The notes below the pieces were generated by a model, which was not told the DNA's origin, ran no database searches, and saw nothing but the letters and a program-made list of their open reading frames with translations. This document shows positions 53,065-63,479 of a DNA stretch of 64,000 nucleotides, piece by piece. The translations under genes and the position numbers were made by a program. The stretch is from an uncultured Methylomirabilota bacterium (lineage in GTDB: Bacteria > Methylomirabilota > Methylomirabilia > Methylomirabilales > 2-02-FULL-66-22). Within the stretch, counting starts at the first letter, position 1. The number at the start of each line of letters is the position of its first letter. The stretch spans positions 1,088,001 through 1,152,000 of the forward strand of contig CAWJSJ010000002.1 in assembly GCA_963845565.1 (NCBI GenBank), read 5' to 3'.

Positions 53065-54809
53065 TGACCTGGGTGGCCTGGGGGTGTCTCGCGGCGGCGG
53101 CCGGCAGCCTGCCGCTCTTCACGGCCAACACGTACTATCTCTACGTGGCGGCCAGCGTGGGGCTCCTCACCATCGTGACCTCGGGCCTGAACGTCCTGGT
53201 CGGATTCACCGGGCAGATGTCGCTCGGCCATGCGGGCTTCTATGCCATCGGGGCCTACGCGGCCGCCGTCCTCACGACCCGCGCCGGGTGGAGCGGGTGG
53301 GCCGCCATCCTCGTGGCCATCCTCGTCGCCGCGCTGGTCGGGGCGGGCGTCGCCGGGGCGGCGCTCCGTGTCACCGGGCCGTATCTCGCCATGGTGACGA
53401 TCGCCTTCGGCATCATCGTGGAAGGCATCCTGGTGGAGTGGGTGTCGGTGACGGGCGGCCCCGGCGGCATCTTCAACATCCCGAAGCCGTCGCTCCATGC
53501 CTTCTACTGGGTGATCATGGGTGGGGCGGCGGTGTCGCTCTGGCTGGTGGCGAACCTGCGCCGCTCGGCGTGGGGCCGCGCCTTCCTGGCGGTGAAGGGG
53601 AGCGATGTGGCGGCCGAGTCGCTCGGCCTGTCGGCCTATTATGTCCGGATCATGGCCTTCACCGTCTCGGCGGGCTTCGCCGGAGCGGCGGGCGGCCTGT
53701 TCGCGCTCCTCAACGGCTACGTCTCGCCGGACAGCTTCACGCTCCAGACGTCCATCCTGTTCCTGCTGGCGCTCCTCTTCGGCGGCGAGGGCCGCGTGGC
53801 GGGCCCGGTGGCGGGGAGCATCGCCCTCACGCTCTTGCCCGAGTTCCTGACGAGTCTCGCCGACTTCCGGCTGATCCTTTACGGCGGCCTCTTGATGTGT
53901 TCCATCTACTGGCTGCCGACCGGCGTGGTCGGCGCGCTGACCAGACGGGGCGACAGCGACAGGGACAGGGATGGGGACAGGGATAGCGACAGCGACAGGG
54001 ATGGGAACAGGGACAGGGACGGGGATCGGGACAGCGGGGGGGCTGCGCCGTTGCTTCAGGTGGAGAAGGCGAGTCTGGCCTTCGGCGGCGTGGCGGCGCT
54101 GTCCGAGGTGACGCTGGCCGTGCCTGCGCGCGGGATCCAGGCGGTCATCGGGCCCAACGGCGCGGGGAAGACGACGCTCCTGAACGCCCTGTCGGGCTTC
54201 TACGTGCCCGACAGCGGGGGGATCCGCCTCCGCGAGGTGCCCGTTGCGGGGCGGCCGCCGTACGCCATCGCGCGGCTCGGCGTGGCGCGGACGTTCCAGA
54301 CCGCGCAGGTCTTCGGCGACCTCAGCGTGGCGGAGAACGTGGCCGTCGGGGTGGCGGGACCGCGCCTGGGCTCCGTCGTGGCGGCGCTGGTCGGAGCCCC
54401 GTGGACGCGCGCGGCCGAGGCGCGCCTGCGCCGCCGCGCGCTGGCGCTTCTCGCCGAAGCGGGCTTGACCGAGTGGGTCGAGCGACCCGCCGACGCCCTG
54501 CCGGCGGGCCTGCGCCGCCGCCTGGAGATCGTGCGCGCGCTGGCCCGGAAGCCGCGGCTGCTCCTGCTGGACGAACCGGCGGCGGGCCTCGCCCCGGCCG
54601 AGATCGCCGAGTTGGACGCCTATCTGGCCCGCTTGCGGGACACGGGCGGGCCCGCAGTCGTCCTGGTGGAACACCACATGGACTTGGTCATGGCGGTGTC
54701 GGATCACATCACCGTCCTGGATTACGGACGGGTGATCGCCAGCGGGACGCCGGAGGCCGTGCGGACCAACCCCGCCGTGATCGAAGCCTATCTGGGGGTG
54801 TCGGAATGA
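53064..54809 (+). CDS. LivM permease-LivG ATPase fusion with Arg/Asp-rich linker
   Basis: GQMSLGHAGF...; linker; GPNGAGKTT, RTFQ, LLDEP. Confidence 0.9.
   Translation: MTWVAWGCLAAAAGSLPLFTANTYYLYVAASVGLLTIVTSGLNVLVGFTGQMSLGHAGFYAIGAYAAAVLTTRAGWSGWAAILVAILVAALVGAGVAGAALRVTGPYLAMVTIAFGIIVEGILVEWVSVTGGPGGIFNIPKPSLHAFYWVIMGGAAVSLWLVANLRRSAWGRAFLAVKGSDVAAESLGLSAYYVRIMAFTVSAGFAGAAGGLFALLNGYVSPDSFTLQTSILFLLALLFGGEGRVAGPVAGSIALTLLPEFLTSLADFRLILYGGLLMCSIYWLPTGVVGALTRRGDSDRDRDGDRDSDSDRDGNRDRDGDRDSGGAAPLLQVEKASLAFGGVAALSEVTLAVPARGIQAVIGPNGAGKTTLLNALSGFYVPDSGGIRLREVPVAGRPPYAIARLGVARTFQTAQVFGDLSVAENVAVGVAGPRLGSVVAALVGAPWTRAAEARLRRRALALLAEAGLTEWVERPADALPAGLRRRLEIVRALARKPRLLLLDEPAAGLAPAEIAELDAYLARLRDTGGPAVVLVEHHMDLVMAVSDHITVLDYGRVIASGTPEAVRTNPAVIEAYLGVSE
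53952..54035 (+). repeat. In-frame degenerate hexanucleotide repeat, 14 units (GACAGG-like)
   Basis: gacagc gacagg gacagg gatggg gacagg... encoding DSDRDRDGDRDSDSDRDGNRDRDGDRDS. Confidence 0.85.
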
Positions 54810-55549
54810 GCGCGCTCACGGTGAGCGGCGTCACCGTCGGCTACGGGGCAATCCAGGTCCTCCGCGAGGTCTCACTGACCGTCCCGGCCGGGCAGATCGT
54901 GACCATCGTGGGAGGCAACGGCGCGGGGAAGACCACGCTCCTCAAGACCGTCGCCGGGGTGCTCCGCCCCTGGCGGGGGACGGTGGCGGTGGGCGGCGAG
55001 GCCATCGGCGGCCGCCCGTCCTATTGGGTGGCGCGACGCGGCGTCGTCCTGGTGCCCGAGGGTCGCGGGATCTTCGGCGACCAGACGGTCCGCGAGAATC
55101 TGCTGCTCGGCGCCCTGGCGCGGCGCGAGGGGCGCGACGCGGCGAGCGTCGCGGCCGACCTGGAACGGAACCTCACGCTCTTTCCCGCGCTCCGCGACCG
55201 GCTGGACGGCCCCGCCGGGGGGTTGTCGGGCGGCCAGCAGCAGATGCTGGCGCTGGCGCGCGGCCTGATGGCGCAGCCGCGCGTCCTGCTCCTCGACGAA
55301 CCCTCGATGGGTCTCTCGCCGCTCTTCGTCCGGCAGATCTTCGACGCCATCGGCCGGCTCCGACACGGAGGGCTGACCATCTTGTTGGTGGAGCAGATGG
55401 CGGCACAGGCCCTGGCATTGGCCGACTACGCCTACATCCTGGAGCGCGGCGCCATCACCCTGGAGGGCCCGGCCGCATCGGTCCGCGAGGATCCAGCGGT
55501 GATGCACGCCTACCTGGGGCGAGGCGACCGGCGCTCGACCCCTCGATAA
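54806..55549 (+). CDS. LivF-type ABC ATPase
   Basis: GGNGAGKTT, LSGGQQQ, LDEPSMG. Confidence 0.92.
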   Translation: MSALTVSGVTVGYGAIQVLREVSLTVPAGQIVTIVGGNGAGKTTLLKTVAGVLRPWRGTVAVGGEAIGGRPSYWVARRGVVLVPEGRGIFGDQTVRENLLLGALARREGRDAASVAADLERNLTLFPALRDRLDGPAGGLSGGQQQMLALARGLMAQPRVLLLDEPSMGLSPLFVRQIFDAIGRLRHGGLTILLVEQMAAQALALADYAYILERGAITLEGPAASVREDPAVMHAYLGRGDRRSTPR

Positions 55550-55590
55550 TCCCTGTGGACTGTGGTGCGCCCAGCCGACGAGGAGTGTTC

Positions 55591-56823
55591 ATGAGCATCA
55601 AGACGGCGAACCAGACGACCCTCCAGCGACTCACCGATGGTCAGCCCTTCCTGGTGGATTGCCGGCCGGCCGCCGTGGCGTTCGGGCTGAGCGCTCGAAC
55701 CGTCCTCCACGCCGGGCCGCCGCTCGCGTGGGAACAGGCCTGCCCCACGGTGCAGTCGGCCATTTGCTGCGCGATTCGGTACGAAGACTGGGCGCCGACT
55801 GACGGCGCCGCTGCCGACCTGATTCGGAACGGAGCGGTGCGCATCGGCCCCTGCCACCATCAGGACGCCGTGGGGCCCATGACCGGAATCATCACCTCTT
55901 CGATGCCGGTCTTCGTGGTGGAGAACCGCGCCCATGGGAATCGGGCCCACGTGACCATCAACGAGGGACTCGGGAAGGTGCTGCGGTTCGGCGCCAATGA
56001 CGACAGCGTGATCGAGCGGCTGCGCTGGCTGGCCCGGGAGGCCGGTCCGATCCTGGGGGCGGCGATCCGGGCCACCGGCGGCATCGACCTGCGTGCCCTG
56101 ATGGCCCAGGCGGTCCGCATGGGGGACGACATGCACCAGCGCAACCTGGCCGCGTCGTCCTTGCTGGCGCGACGACTCCTCGGCGCTCTCGCCCGGACCG
56201 GGGCCGACCCCGCGGCCATCGGGCGGGTGGCCGACTTCATGGGGGCCAACGATCAGTTCTTCCTGAACATCGCCATGGCCGCGGGCAAGGCCCTGACCGA
56301 CCCGTGCCGCGGGATCGCGGATTCGACGCTGGTCGTCACCATGGCGCGGAACGGGACGGACTTCGGGATTCGCGTGGCCGGACTCGGGGATCGCTGGTTC
56401 ACGGCGCCGGTGGAGATGCCCAAGGGGCTCTATTTCCCGGGATTCACGGAGGCGGACGCCAATCCGGACATGGGAGACTCCGCCATTGTGGAGACGATCG
56501 GGCTGGGGGCGTTCGCCATGGCCGCCTCCCCCTCGGTGGTCCGCTTCGTGGGGGCCGGTGGGTTCGCCGACGCCGTTCGCGCCACCGAGGAGATGGCGGA
56601 GATCTGCCTGGGCGAGCACCCGCACTTCCGGATGCCGACCATGGACGAGCGGGGCACGCCCGTGGGGATCGACATCCGCAAGGTCCTGGAAACAGGGATC
56701 ACCCCCATGATCAACACCGGGGTCGCCGGGAAGATCCCCGGGACCGGTCAGGTCGGGGCGGGCGTGGCCCGCGCGCCGCTGGCGTGTTTCGAGCAGGCAT
56801 TGGAGGCGTTCGCGGAGCGATGA
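55591..56823 (+). CDS. DUF1116 (YlbE/YahG-like) protein
   Basis: LHAGPP, PCHH..AVGPM.G, NEGLGKVLRFGA, MGDDMHQRN, MARNG, DMGDSAI.ET.G. Confidence 0.85.
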   Translation: MSIKTANQTTLQRLTDGQPFLVDCRPAAVAFGLSARTVLHAGPPLAWEQACPTVQSAICCAIRYEDWAPTDGAAADLIRNGAVRIGPCHHQDAVGPMTGIITSSMPVFVVENRAHGNRAHVTINEGLGKVLRFGANDDSVIERLRWLAREAGPILGAAIRATGGIDLRALMAQAVRMGDDMHQRNLAASSLLARRLLGALARTGADPAAIGRVADFMGANDQFFLNIAMAAGKALTDPCRGIADSTLVVTMARNGTDFGIRVAGLGDRWFTAPVEMPKGLYFPGFTEADANPDMGDSAIVETIGLGAFAMAASPSVVRFVGAGGFADAVRATEEMAEICLGEHPHFRMPTMDERGTPVGIDIRKVLETGITPMINTGVAGKIPGTGQVGAGVARAPLACFEQALEAFAER

Positions 56824-58067
56824 CGCAAGTCCTGGATCTGATCCTGGAGGAATGCCGGCTTCCCGACGGGACGCTCGGCGACCTCGGCTGCGCGAGTGGG
56901 CGGATCGCGGCCATCGGAAATCTCTCGGGTCGGCCGGCGGAGCGAACGCTCCGCTGTGACGGGCGGGTCGTGACGCCGGGTCTGGTCGACACGCACGTCC
57001 ATCTCGACAAGGCCCTGCTGAGCGATCGCACGCCGAGCGTCGAGGGGACGCTCCAGGAGGCTATCCGGATCACCGGCGAGGCCAAGCGCCGCTTCACCGT
57101 GGAAGACATCCGCGCCCGCGCCCGCGCCGTGCTGGACATGGCGGTGCGGCATGGCACCACGGCGATGCGGAGCCACGTCGAAGTGGATCCGATCGTCGGA
57201 CTCCAGGGGTTGGAGGCGCTCCTGCCACTCAAGGACGAGTACGCGGCGGCGCTGGATCTCCAGCTCTGCGCCTTCGCCCAGGAGGGCATCCTGCAGGCGC
57301 CGGGGACCGAGGCGCTTCTGGCGGAGGCCCTGCGCCGGGGTGCCGACGTCATCGGCGGGTGTCCGTACAACGACAGCGACGCCTTCGCGCAGATCGACAT
57401 CATCTTTCGGCTGGCCCGGGAATTCGGCGTGGACGCCGATTTTCACGTGGATTTCTTCGACGAGCCGGAGCACCTTCACCTCCGGTACATCGCCGAGCAG
57501 ACCGTCCGTCACGGCTGGCAAGGGCGCGTGGCGTTGGGCCACTGCACCGAGCTGGCCGCCTTGGCCCCACCCGACCTCGCGCCCATCGCCAACCTGCTGG
57601 CCGAGGCGGGCGTCGCCGTCATCACGCTGCCCGCCACCGACCTCTACTTGATGGGACGCAAGGACACTCACCGCGTGCGCCGGGGCCTCGCGCCCGTCAA
57701 GCGGCTGCTTGCTGCGGGCGTGACGGTGGCGGCCGCCACCAACAACGTCCGGAACGCCTTCACGCCGGTGGGGAACGCCAACTTGGCCCTGATGGGGTTC
57801 CTGCTCACCGTGGGCGCTCACATGGGTACGGTCGCCGAGCAGGCGGACGTTCTCAAGCTCCTGACGGAGAACCCGGCCCGCCTGCTGCGCCTGACCGCCT
57901 ACGGCCTCGCCATCGGCTGCCAGGCCGATCTGGTGGTCTGGGACACCCAGCGGGCAGACGAGATCGCCGCCACGCTCGCCTCACCTCGCTTCGTCGTGAA
58001 GCGCGGCCGCGTCAGCGTGGAGCACGAACGGATCGTCCGGGAACCGTGGCGCACGCTCGTGTCCTGA
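56820..58067 (+). CDS. Metal-dependent amidohydrolase (cytosine/creatinine deaminase-like)
   Basis: DTHVHLDK, HGTTAMRSHV, AFAQEG, FHVD, GHC; NNVRNAF where DN is typical. Confidence 0.88.
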   Translation: MTQVLDLILEECRLPDGTLGDLGCASGRIAAIGNLSGRPAERTLRCDGRVVTPGLVDTHVHLDKALLSDRTPSVEGTLQEAIRITGEAKRRFTVEDIRARARAVLDMAVRHGTTAMRSHVEVDPIVGLQGLEALLPLKDEYAAALDLQLCAFAQEGILQAPGTEALLAEALRRGADVIGGCPYNDSDAFAQIDIIFRLAREFGVDADFHVDFFDEPEHLHLRYIAEQTVRHGWQGRVALGHCTELAALAPPDLAPIANLLAEAGVAVITLPATDLYLMGRKDTHRVRRGLAPVKRLLAAGVTVAAATNNVRNAFTPVGNANLALMGFLLTVGAHMGTVAEQADVLKLLTENPARLLRLTAYGLAIGCQADLVVWDTQRADEIAATLASPRFVVKRGRVSVEHERIVREPWRTLVS

Positions 58068-58186
58068 GCCGGATGTTCGCGGGTGCGGTCTTGACGGATC
58101 TGCCGGCCTTTGACATCCTCACCAGGTCCACATTTCCTCGGGTGTCCAACCATCTACGTCTCTTAACGCCTTTCAGGAGGGGTGTC

Positions 58187-59182
58187 ATGCTGTTCCGTGC
58201 GTTGGCGTTGGCCTTCAGTCTGATGTTGCTGCTCCCCGCTGGGGCCATGGCGGCCGCCAAGTGGAACATGAAGTTCGGGCATGACATGCCCGAGGACTCG
58301 GCGCAGCACGTGGCGGCCTTGAAATACGCCGAACTGGTGAAGGAGCGGACCAAGGGACAGGTCGAAGTGAAGGTCTTTCCCGCCCAGCAGCTCGGCACCG
58401 ACCCCGAGATGGTGCAGCAGGCCCAGATGGGCACGCTGGAGATCGTCCTCCCGCCCACGGCCAAGATCAGCGGCTTCGCCCCGGCGCTGCAGCTCGCGGA
58501 CCTGCCGTTCTTGTTCCCGACCAAGGAGATCTGCTACCAAGTCCTGGATGGTCCGGTCGGGGACAAGCTGCTGGCCATGCTGGAGAGCAAGGGGCTGAAG
58601 GGCGTGTCCTTCTGGGAGAGCGGCTTCAAGCAGATGACCGCCAACAAGCCGATCCGGAAGCCCGAGGATTTCGCCGGCATGAAGGTGCGCGTGATGGAGA
58701 GCCCGATCCTGATCGCCCAGTACAAGCAGGTGAAGGCCAATCCGATTCCCATCGACTTCGCCGAGACCTACAACGCCCTGCAGCAAGGCGTGGTGGAGGC
58801 GCAGGAGAACCCGCTGGTCTCCATCGTCAACATGAAGTTCTACGAGGTCCAAAAGTACACCATGCTGTCGAACCACGGTTTCCTGGGGTACGCCTTCCTG
58901 TTCAGCAAGAAGGTGTATGACGGACTGCCTGCCGACATCCAGAAGATCATGCGGGACACGGCGCGCGAGCTGGCCTCCTTCGAGCGACAGGACACGGCCC
59001 GGCGCGAAGGCGGGTACGTCGAGCGGATCAAGAAGGGCGGCAGTCAGATCGTCGAGTTCACCCCGCAGGAGGTTCAGGCGTTCTCGAAGGCCTTCCTGCC
59101 GGTGCACAAGCAGTTCGAGAAAGTCGTGGGCGAGGAGCTGTTGAAGGAGGCGTACGCCCACATCGAGAAGCTCCGGAAGTAG
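58187..59182 (+). CDS. dctP: TRAP transporter substrate-binding protein
   Basis: FPAQQLG, DLPFLF, GMKVRV, YNALQQGVVEAQENP. Confidence 0.93.
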   Translation: MLFRALALAFSLMLLLPAGAMAAAKWNMKFGHDMPEDSAQHVAALKYAELVKERTKGQVEVKVFPAQQLGTDPEMVQQAQMGTLEIVLPPTAKISGFAPALQLADLPFLFPTKEICYQVLDGPVGDKLLAMLESKGLKGVSFWESGFKQMTANKPIRKPEDFAGMKVRVMESPILIAQYKQVKANPIPIDFAETYNALQQGVVEAQENPLVSIVNMKFYEVQKYTMLSNHGFLGYAFLFSKKVYDGLPADIQKIMRDTARELASFERQDTARREGGYVERIKKGGSQIVEFTPQEVQAFSKAFLPVHKQFEKVVGEELLKEAYAHIEKLRK

Positions 59183-59196
59183 GCCGGGAGGTCTCC

Positions 59197-59704
59197 ATGC
59201 TGGATCGCGTCGCACGATTCATCGCGCGGATCGAGGACATCAGCGTCGGGGTGATCCTCCTGGGGGCGACCTTCATCCTGTTCCAGGGGGTCGTCCTCCG
59301 CTATGCGTTCAACTACTCCTTCGCCTGGACGGAGGAGGTCGTCCGGTACTCGATCGTCTGGCTGGTGTTCATCGGGGGCAGCATCGCGGCGCGGCGGGGG
59401 GCGCACATCTGCATGGACATCATCGTGGTGTACCTCCCGCCACGCGCGAAGCTGTTCATGGCGGCGCTCGCCACGGCGATCGCCTGCCTGTTCACGCTGC
59501 TCATCACGTACTACGGGGTGATCTCTGACCTGGTCCATCTGGAGCTACGACCAGCGCTCCCCGGCCGGCGAGTTTCCCATGGCTCTGGCGTTTGCGGCGG
59601 TACCCGTGGGATGCGCGCTCATGAGCATCCGGTTCTTCGTGGCGTTTTCGGCATACGCCCGGGGACGGGATCCCTTCCAGAAGCGCGCCCACCTGGAGGC
59701 CTGA
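59197..59704 (+). CDS. dctQ: TRAP small permease (frameshift near 59525)
   Basis: RY.FN...WTEEV.RY, HI.MD; shifted frame QRSPA...stop 59702-59704. Confidence 0.85.
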
Positions 59705-59707
59705 TCC

Positions 59708-60994
59708 ATGGTGACATCCCTTTTTATTCTGTTCGTCGTCCTGCTCGCCATGGCGGTCCCGATCTTCGTGGTTCTCTCGTTTTCCACGCTGGCCGCCTTT
59801 TGGATGCACTCGCCGATTCCGCTCGAAACGATCGTTCAGCGACTCTTCGCCGGCCTGGACAAATTTGCGCTGATGGCCATCCCGTTCTTCATCGTGGCCG
59901 CCAACGTGATGAGCGCGGGGGGAATGTCGCGCCGGATCATCGCGGTGGCGAACGTCCTGGTCGGGCCGTTTCCGGGCGGCCTCGCGATGGCGACGGTCGT
60001 GGCCTGCATGTTCTTCGGAGCCATCTCCGGCTCCAGCCCCGCGACCGTCGTCGCCATGGGGAGCTTGTTGTATCCGGCCCTGGTTCGAGGAGGATACGAT
60101 AAGAGCTTTGCCATCGCGCTGGTGGTGGCGTCCGGATCCATCGCGCTCATCATCCCGCCGAGCATCACCATGATCGTGTACGGGGCGGTGACCGGCGCCT
60201 CGGTGGGGGCCCTGTTTGTGTCGGGGTTCGGTGCGGGGGCCGCGTACGGTCTGGGATTCATGGGGTACAGTTACTACTACGCCAAGCGCCACAAGATCCC
60301 GTCCCTTCCGTGGCCCACCTGGGCCGAGGTGCGGGCGACGCTGGGAGACGCGAAGTGGGGCCTCGGGATGCCCATCCTGATCATCGGGGGCATCTACGGC
60401 GGGATCTTCACGCCGACCGAGGCCGCCGCCGTGGCCGCGGTGTACGCGATCGTGGTGGCGCTGTTCATCTATCGGGAGATCGGTTTCCAGGAATTCTGGG
60501 ACGTGGTGATTCAGTCCGCCGGCAGCACGGCGCAGGTGATGATCCTCCTGGCCGGAGCGTCCGTGTTCGCCTACATCCTCACCAGCGAGCGGGTGACGAT
60601 TGTCCTCACCGAGGCCATCGTCGCGTGGGGCGCCAGCCAGTTCACGGTTCTGATCCTGATCAACATCGCGCTGCTCATCGCCGGGATGCTGATCGACGGG
60701 GCGTCCATCATCCTCATCCTCGGGCCGCTCCTCTTGCCCGTGGCCCAGAAGGTGGGCGTGGACTCGCTCCACCTGGGGATCATCATGGTCGTGAACACCG
60801 CCATCGGGATGTTCACGCCTCCGTTCGGTCTGAACCTGTTCGTGGCGGGCACGGTGGATGAAGAGTGGACCATGGCCAAGATGATTCCGCCCATCCTGCC
60901 CTTCATCTGGGTGAGTCTGATCCCGCTCCTGATCGTGACCTACGTCCCGCAAGTCAGCCTGTGGCTGCCGAGGCTGATCTACGGCGTGCGCTGA
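59708..60994 (+). CDS. dctM: TRAP large permease
   Basis: AIPFF, ISGSS, IIPPS, FTPTEA, TPPFG. Confidence 0.95.
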   Translation: MVTSLFILFVVLLAMAVPIFVVLSFSTLAAFWMHSPIPLETIVQRLFAGLDKFALMAIPFFIVAANVMSAGGMSRRIIAVANVLVGPFPGGLAMATVVACMFFGAISGSSPATVVAMGSLLYPALVRGGYDKSFAIALVVASGSIALIIPPSITMIVYGAVTGASVGALFVSGFGAGAAYGLGFMGYSYYYAKRHKIPSLPWPTWAEVRATLGDAKWGLGMPILIIGGIYGGIFTPTEAAAVAAVYAIVVALFIYREIGFQEFWDVVIQSAGSTAQVMILLAGASVFAYILTSERVTIVLTEAIVAWGASQFTVLILINIALLIAGMLIDGASIILILGPLLLPVAQKVGVDSLHLGIIMVVNTAIGMFTPPFGLNLFVAGTVDEEWTMAKMIPPILPFIWVSLIPLLIVTYVPQVSLWLPRLIYGVR

Positions 60995-61168
60995 GTGTTC
61001 TGCGTGAACGCGTCCCGCCGCCATTTTCGGAGCGGCGGCGGGACGCCATCGCCGCCGCTCCGCCTTTCGCTTGCTGTCCGTTCCGTTTCCTGATAGAAGC
61101 CAATTCAACGATTCCTGGATCGGGATGACGGTCTGCCCTGGCACGTGCCCGTGGAAGGAGGCGTTCCC

Positions 61169-62098
61169 ATGGCCAGCTATCCCGCGAAATACATCTGGAT
61201 GAACGGCGAGCATGTCGAGTGGCCAGACGCCAGGCTCCACGTGAACACGGTGGCCGTCTTGACGGGGGCGAATGTCTTCGAGGGTCTCCGGGCGTATTCG
61301 AATCCGGACGAGCGACAGGTGTATGTCTTCCGGCTACAAGAGCACCTTGCTCGACTGTGGCAGTCCATGAAAGTCATGCGCATGACGCCCCCGTTCACCC
61401 GGGACGAGCTGACCGCCGCGTGCACGGGCCTCGTGGCCCGGAACGGCTTTCACGAGGATGTCCAGGTCCGCCCGACCGTGTACTTCGGCGAGGGAGGCCT
61501 TTACGCATTCACCCCGGACAAGATCGCCACCGGGGCGTTCATCACTTCGACTCCCCGTCGCTGCACGCTCGACGACGAGAAGGGCATCGCCTGCTGCGTC
61601 AGCGCCTGGCGACGCATCGGCGACAACGTCATGCCGCCTCGCGTGAAGGCCGGGGCGAACTACCACCAGAGCCGTCTGGTGAATGTGCAGGCCGCCGTTG
61701 ACGGCTACGACGGCGCCATCATCCTCAACGATCGGGACAAGGTTGCGGAGGGTCCGGGGGCGTGCGTGATGATCGTGCGCGACGGCCGGCCTATCCTGCC
61801 GCCGATCACCGCCGGCGTGCTGGAGAGCATCACCCGAAATACGCTGGTCGAGCTATTCGCGGCGGAGATGAAACTGGACACGCTGGAGCGGGAGGTAGAC
61901 CGGACGGAGTTGTACCTCGCCGATGAGGTGTTTTTCTGCGGCTCGGCCTGGGAGATCACGCCGATCACCTCCGTGGACCGCTACCCGGTGGGCGACGGTA
62001 CAATCGGGCCTGTGACGCGGAAGATCCGGCACATCTATCAGGACGTCATCCGCGGCCGCATGCCGAAGTACAAACACTGGCTGACGCCGGTGTACTAA
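61169..62098 (+). CDS. ilvE: Branched-chain amino acid aminotransferase (class IV)
   Basis: FEGLRAY, FRLQEH, KAGANY, EGPG, LESITR, DEVFFCGS. Confidence 0.9.
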   Translation: MASYPAKYIWMNGEHVEWPDARLHVNTVAVLTGANVFEGLRAYSNPDERQVYVFRLQEHLARLWQSMKVMRMTPPFTRDELTAACTGLVARNGFHEDVQVRPTVYFGEGGLYAFTPDKIATGAFITSTPRRCTLDDEKGIACCVSAWRRIGDNVMPPRVKAGANYHQSRLVNVQAAVDGYDGAIILNDRDKVAEGPGACVMIVRDGRPILPPITAGVLESITRNTLVELFAAEMKLDTLEREVDRTELYLADEVFFCGSAWEITPITSVDRYPVGDGTIGPVTRKIRHIYQDVIRGRMPKYKHWLTPVY

Positions 62099-62253
62099 CA
62101 GGCTTCTGAAAAAGGCCCATCTACGGCGTTGCGCACTCGCGCGGCGCTGCGACGTACGCGCTAAGTACGCCTCGCACCACGCATCGCGCGCCGCCTTGTA
62201 TCTGGGCCTTTTTGAGCAGCCTGAGCAAAAATGAGTTTGTCAGTATCCTGCTA
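62099..62253. repeat. Palindromic intergenic repeat, copy 4, with degenerate third arm
   Basis: CAGGCTTCTGAAAAAGGCCCATCT...GTACGCC...GGCCTTTTTGAGCAGCCTG (to 62223) plus GAGTTTGTCAGTATCCTGCTA. Confidence 0.9.
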
Positions 62254-62286
62254 CGCGAGACGTCCGGTACTGACGAGGAGGGCGCG

Positions 62287-63291
62287 ATGAAACTGCCGGA
62301 TCGGATGCGATATATCGAGACCGCCGGGTCGGGGGATCCCGACGTCCTGCGCGTGGCCACGGGTCCGGTCCCCCAGCCGAAACCTGACGAGGTCCTGATC
62401 CGCGTGCTGGCGGCGGGCGTCAACCGTCCCGATGTCATGCAGCGGAAGGGCGTGTACCCGCCGCCGCCCAACGCCAGTCCGGTCATCGGCCTGGAAGTGG
62501 CAGGGGAGGTGGTCGCGGCAGGCCGGGAGGTCGCGGGAGTCAAGATCGGGGAACGCGTGTGCGCGCTGACGAACGGGGGCGGCTACGCGGAGTACTGCGT
62601 CGCCCCGGCGCCGCAATGCCTGCCGTGGCCGGCCGGGTACGACGCGTTGAGATCGGCCGCGCTGCCGGAGACGTACTTCACCGTCTGGGCGAACCTCTTC
62701 ATGATGGGTCGCCTCACCCGCGGCGAGTCCGTCCTCGTGCACGGAGGGACCAGCGGCATCGGCGTGACCGCGATTCAGCTCGCGCGGGAATTCGGGTGCA
62801 CGGTGTACGCGACCGCGGGCAGCCGGGAGAAGTGCCAGGCATGCGTGCGACTGGGCGCCGCGGCCGCGATCGCATACCGCGACGAGGATTTCGCGGAGCG
62901 TATCCGGGAGATCACGAAGGGTCGGGGCGTGGATGTGGTCCTGGACATCGTCGGTGCGCCCTACACGATGCGGAACCTCGAGTGCCTCCGGATGGACGGA
63001 CGCTTGGTCCAGGTGGCCGTGATGCACGGGGCCAAGGTGGACGGGTTCGACTTGTTCCTCGTGATGCGAAAGCGGCTCACGATCGCCGGCTCCACCATGC
63101 GGCCCCGGACCACGACGGAGAAGGGGCTCATCGCCAAGGCGTTGCGCGAGACGGTCTGGCCTGTCCTGGACGCGGGCCGGTGCGCCCCCGTCATCCACAA
63201 GGTATTCCCCCTGGCCGAAGCGGCCGCCGCCCACCGGCTGATGGAGACCAGCGCGCACATCGGCAAAATCCTGCTGAAGGTGGCCGACTGA
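62287..63291 (+). CDS. NAD(P)H-quinone oxidoreductase (zeta-crystallin/PIG3 family)
   Basis: GVNRPD, GLEVAG, GGYAEY, HGGTSGIG, HIGKILL. Confidence 0.93.
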   Translation: MKLPDRMRYIETAGSGDPDVLRVATGPVPQPKPDEVLIRVLAAGVNRPDVMQRKGVYPPPPNASPVIGLEVAGEVVAAGREVAGVKIGERVCALTNGGGYAEYCVAPAPQCLPWPAGYDALRSAALPETYFTVWANLFMMGRLTRGESVLVHGGTSGIGVTAIQLAREFGCTVYATAGSREKCQACVRLGAAAAIAYRDEDFAERIREITKGRGVDVVLDIVGAPYTMRNLECLRMDGRLVQVAVMHGAKVDGFDLFLVMRKRLTIAGSTMRPRTTTEKGLIAKALRETVWPVLDAGRCAPVIHKVFPLAEAAAAHRLMETSAHIGKILLKVAD

Positions 63292-63327
63292 GACCCGAGC
63301 CTAAAGGTGACTGAAGGCTCGATGGGT

Positions 63328-63479
63328 ATTCCGGGGACACCATGCTGACTTGAGGACCGGATCGGGGGGTGAAACCATGGCGCACATTGCCCGGGTGGCC
63401 GCCCCCGGCATCACACACCACACCAACCGGCGGGGGGCCGACGGCCTGGCAGCGGGAATGAGTATGGTGTCCCCGAATT
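63328..63479 (+). mobile_element. Remnant of a REP-associated tyrosine transposase (RAYT-like) element between inverted repeats
   Basis: ATTCCGGGGACACCATGCT ... AGTATGGTGTCCCCGAATT enclosing MAHIARVAAPGITHHTNRRG (ATG 63377). Confidence 0.6.
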
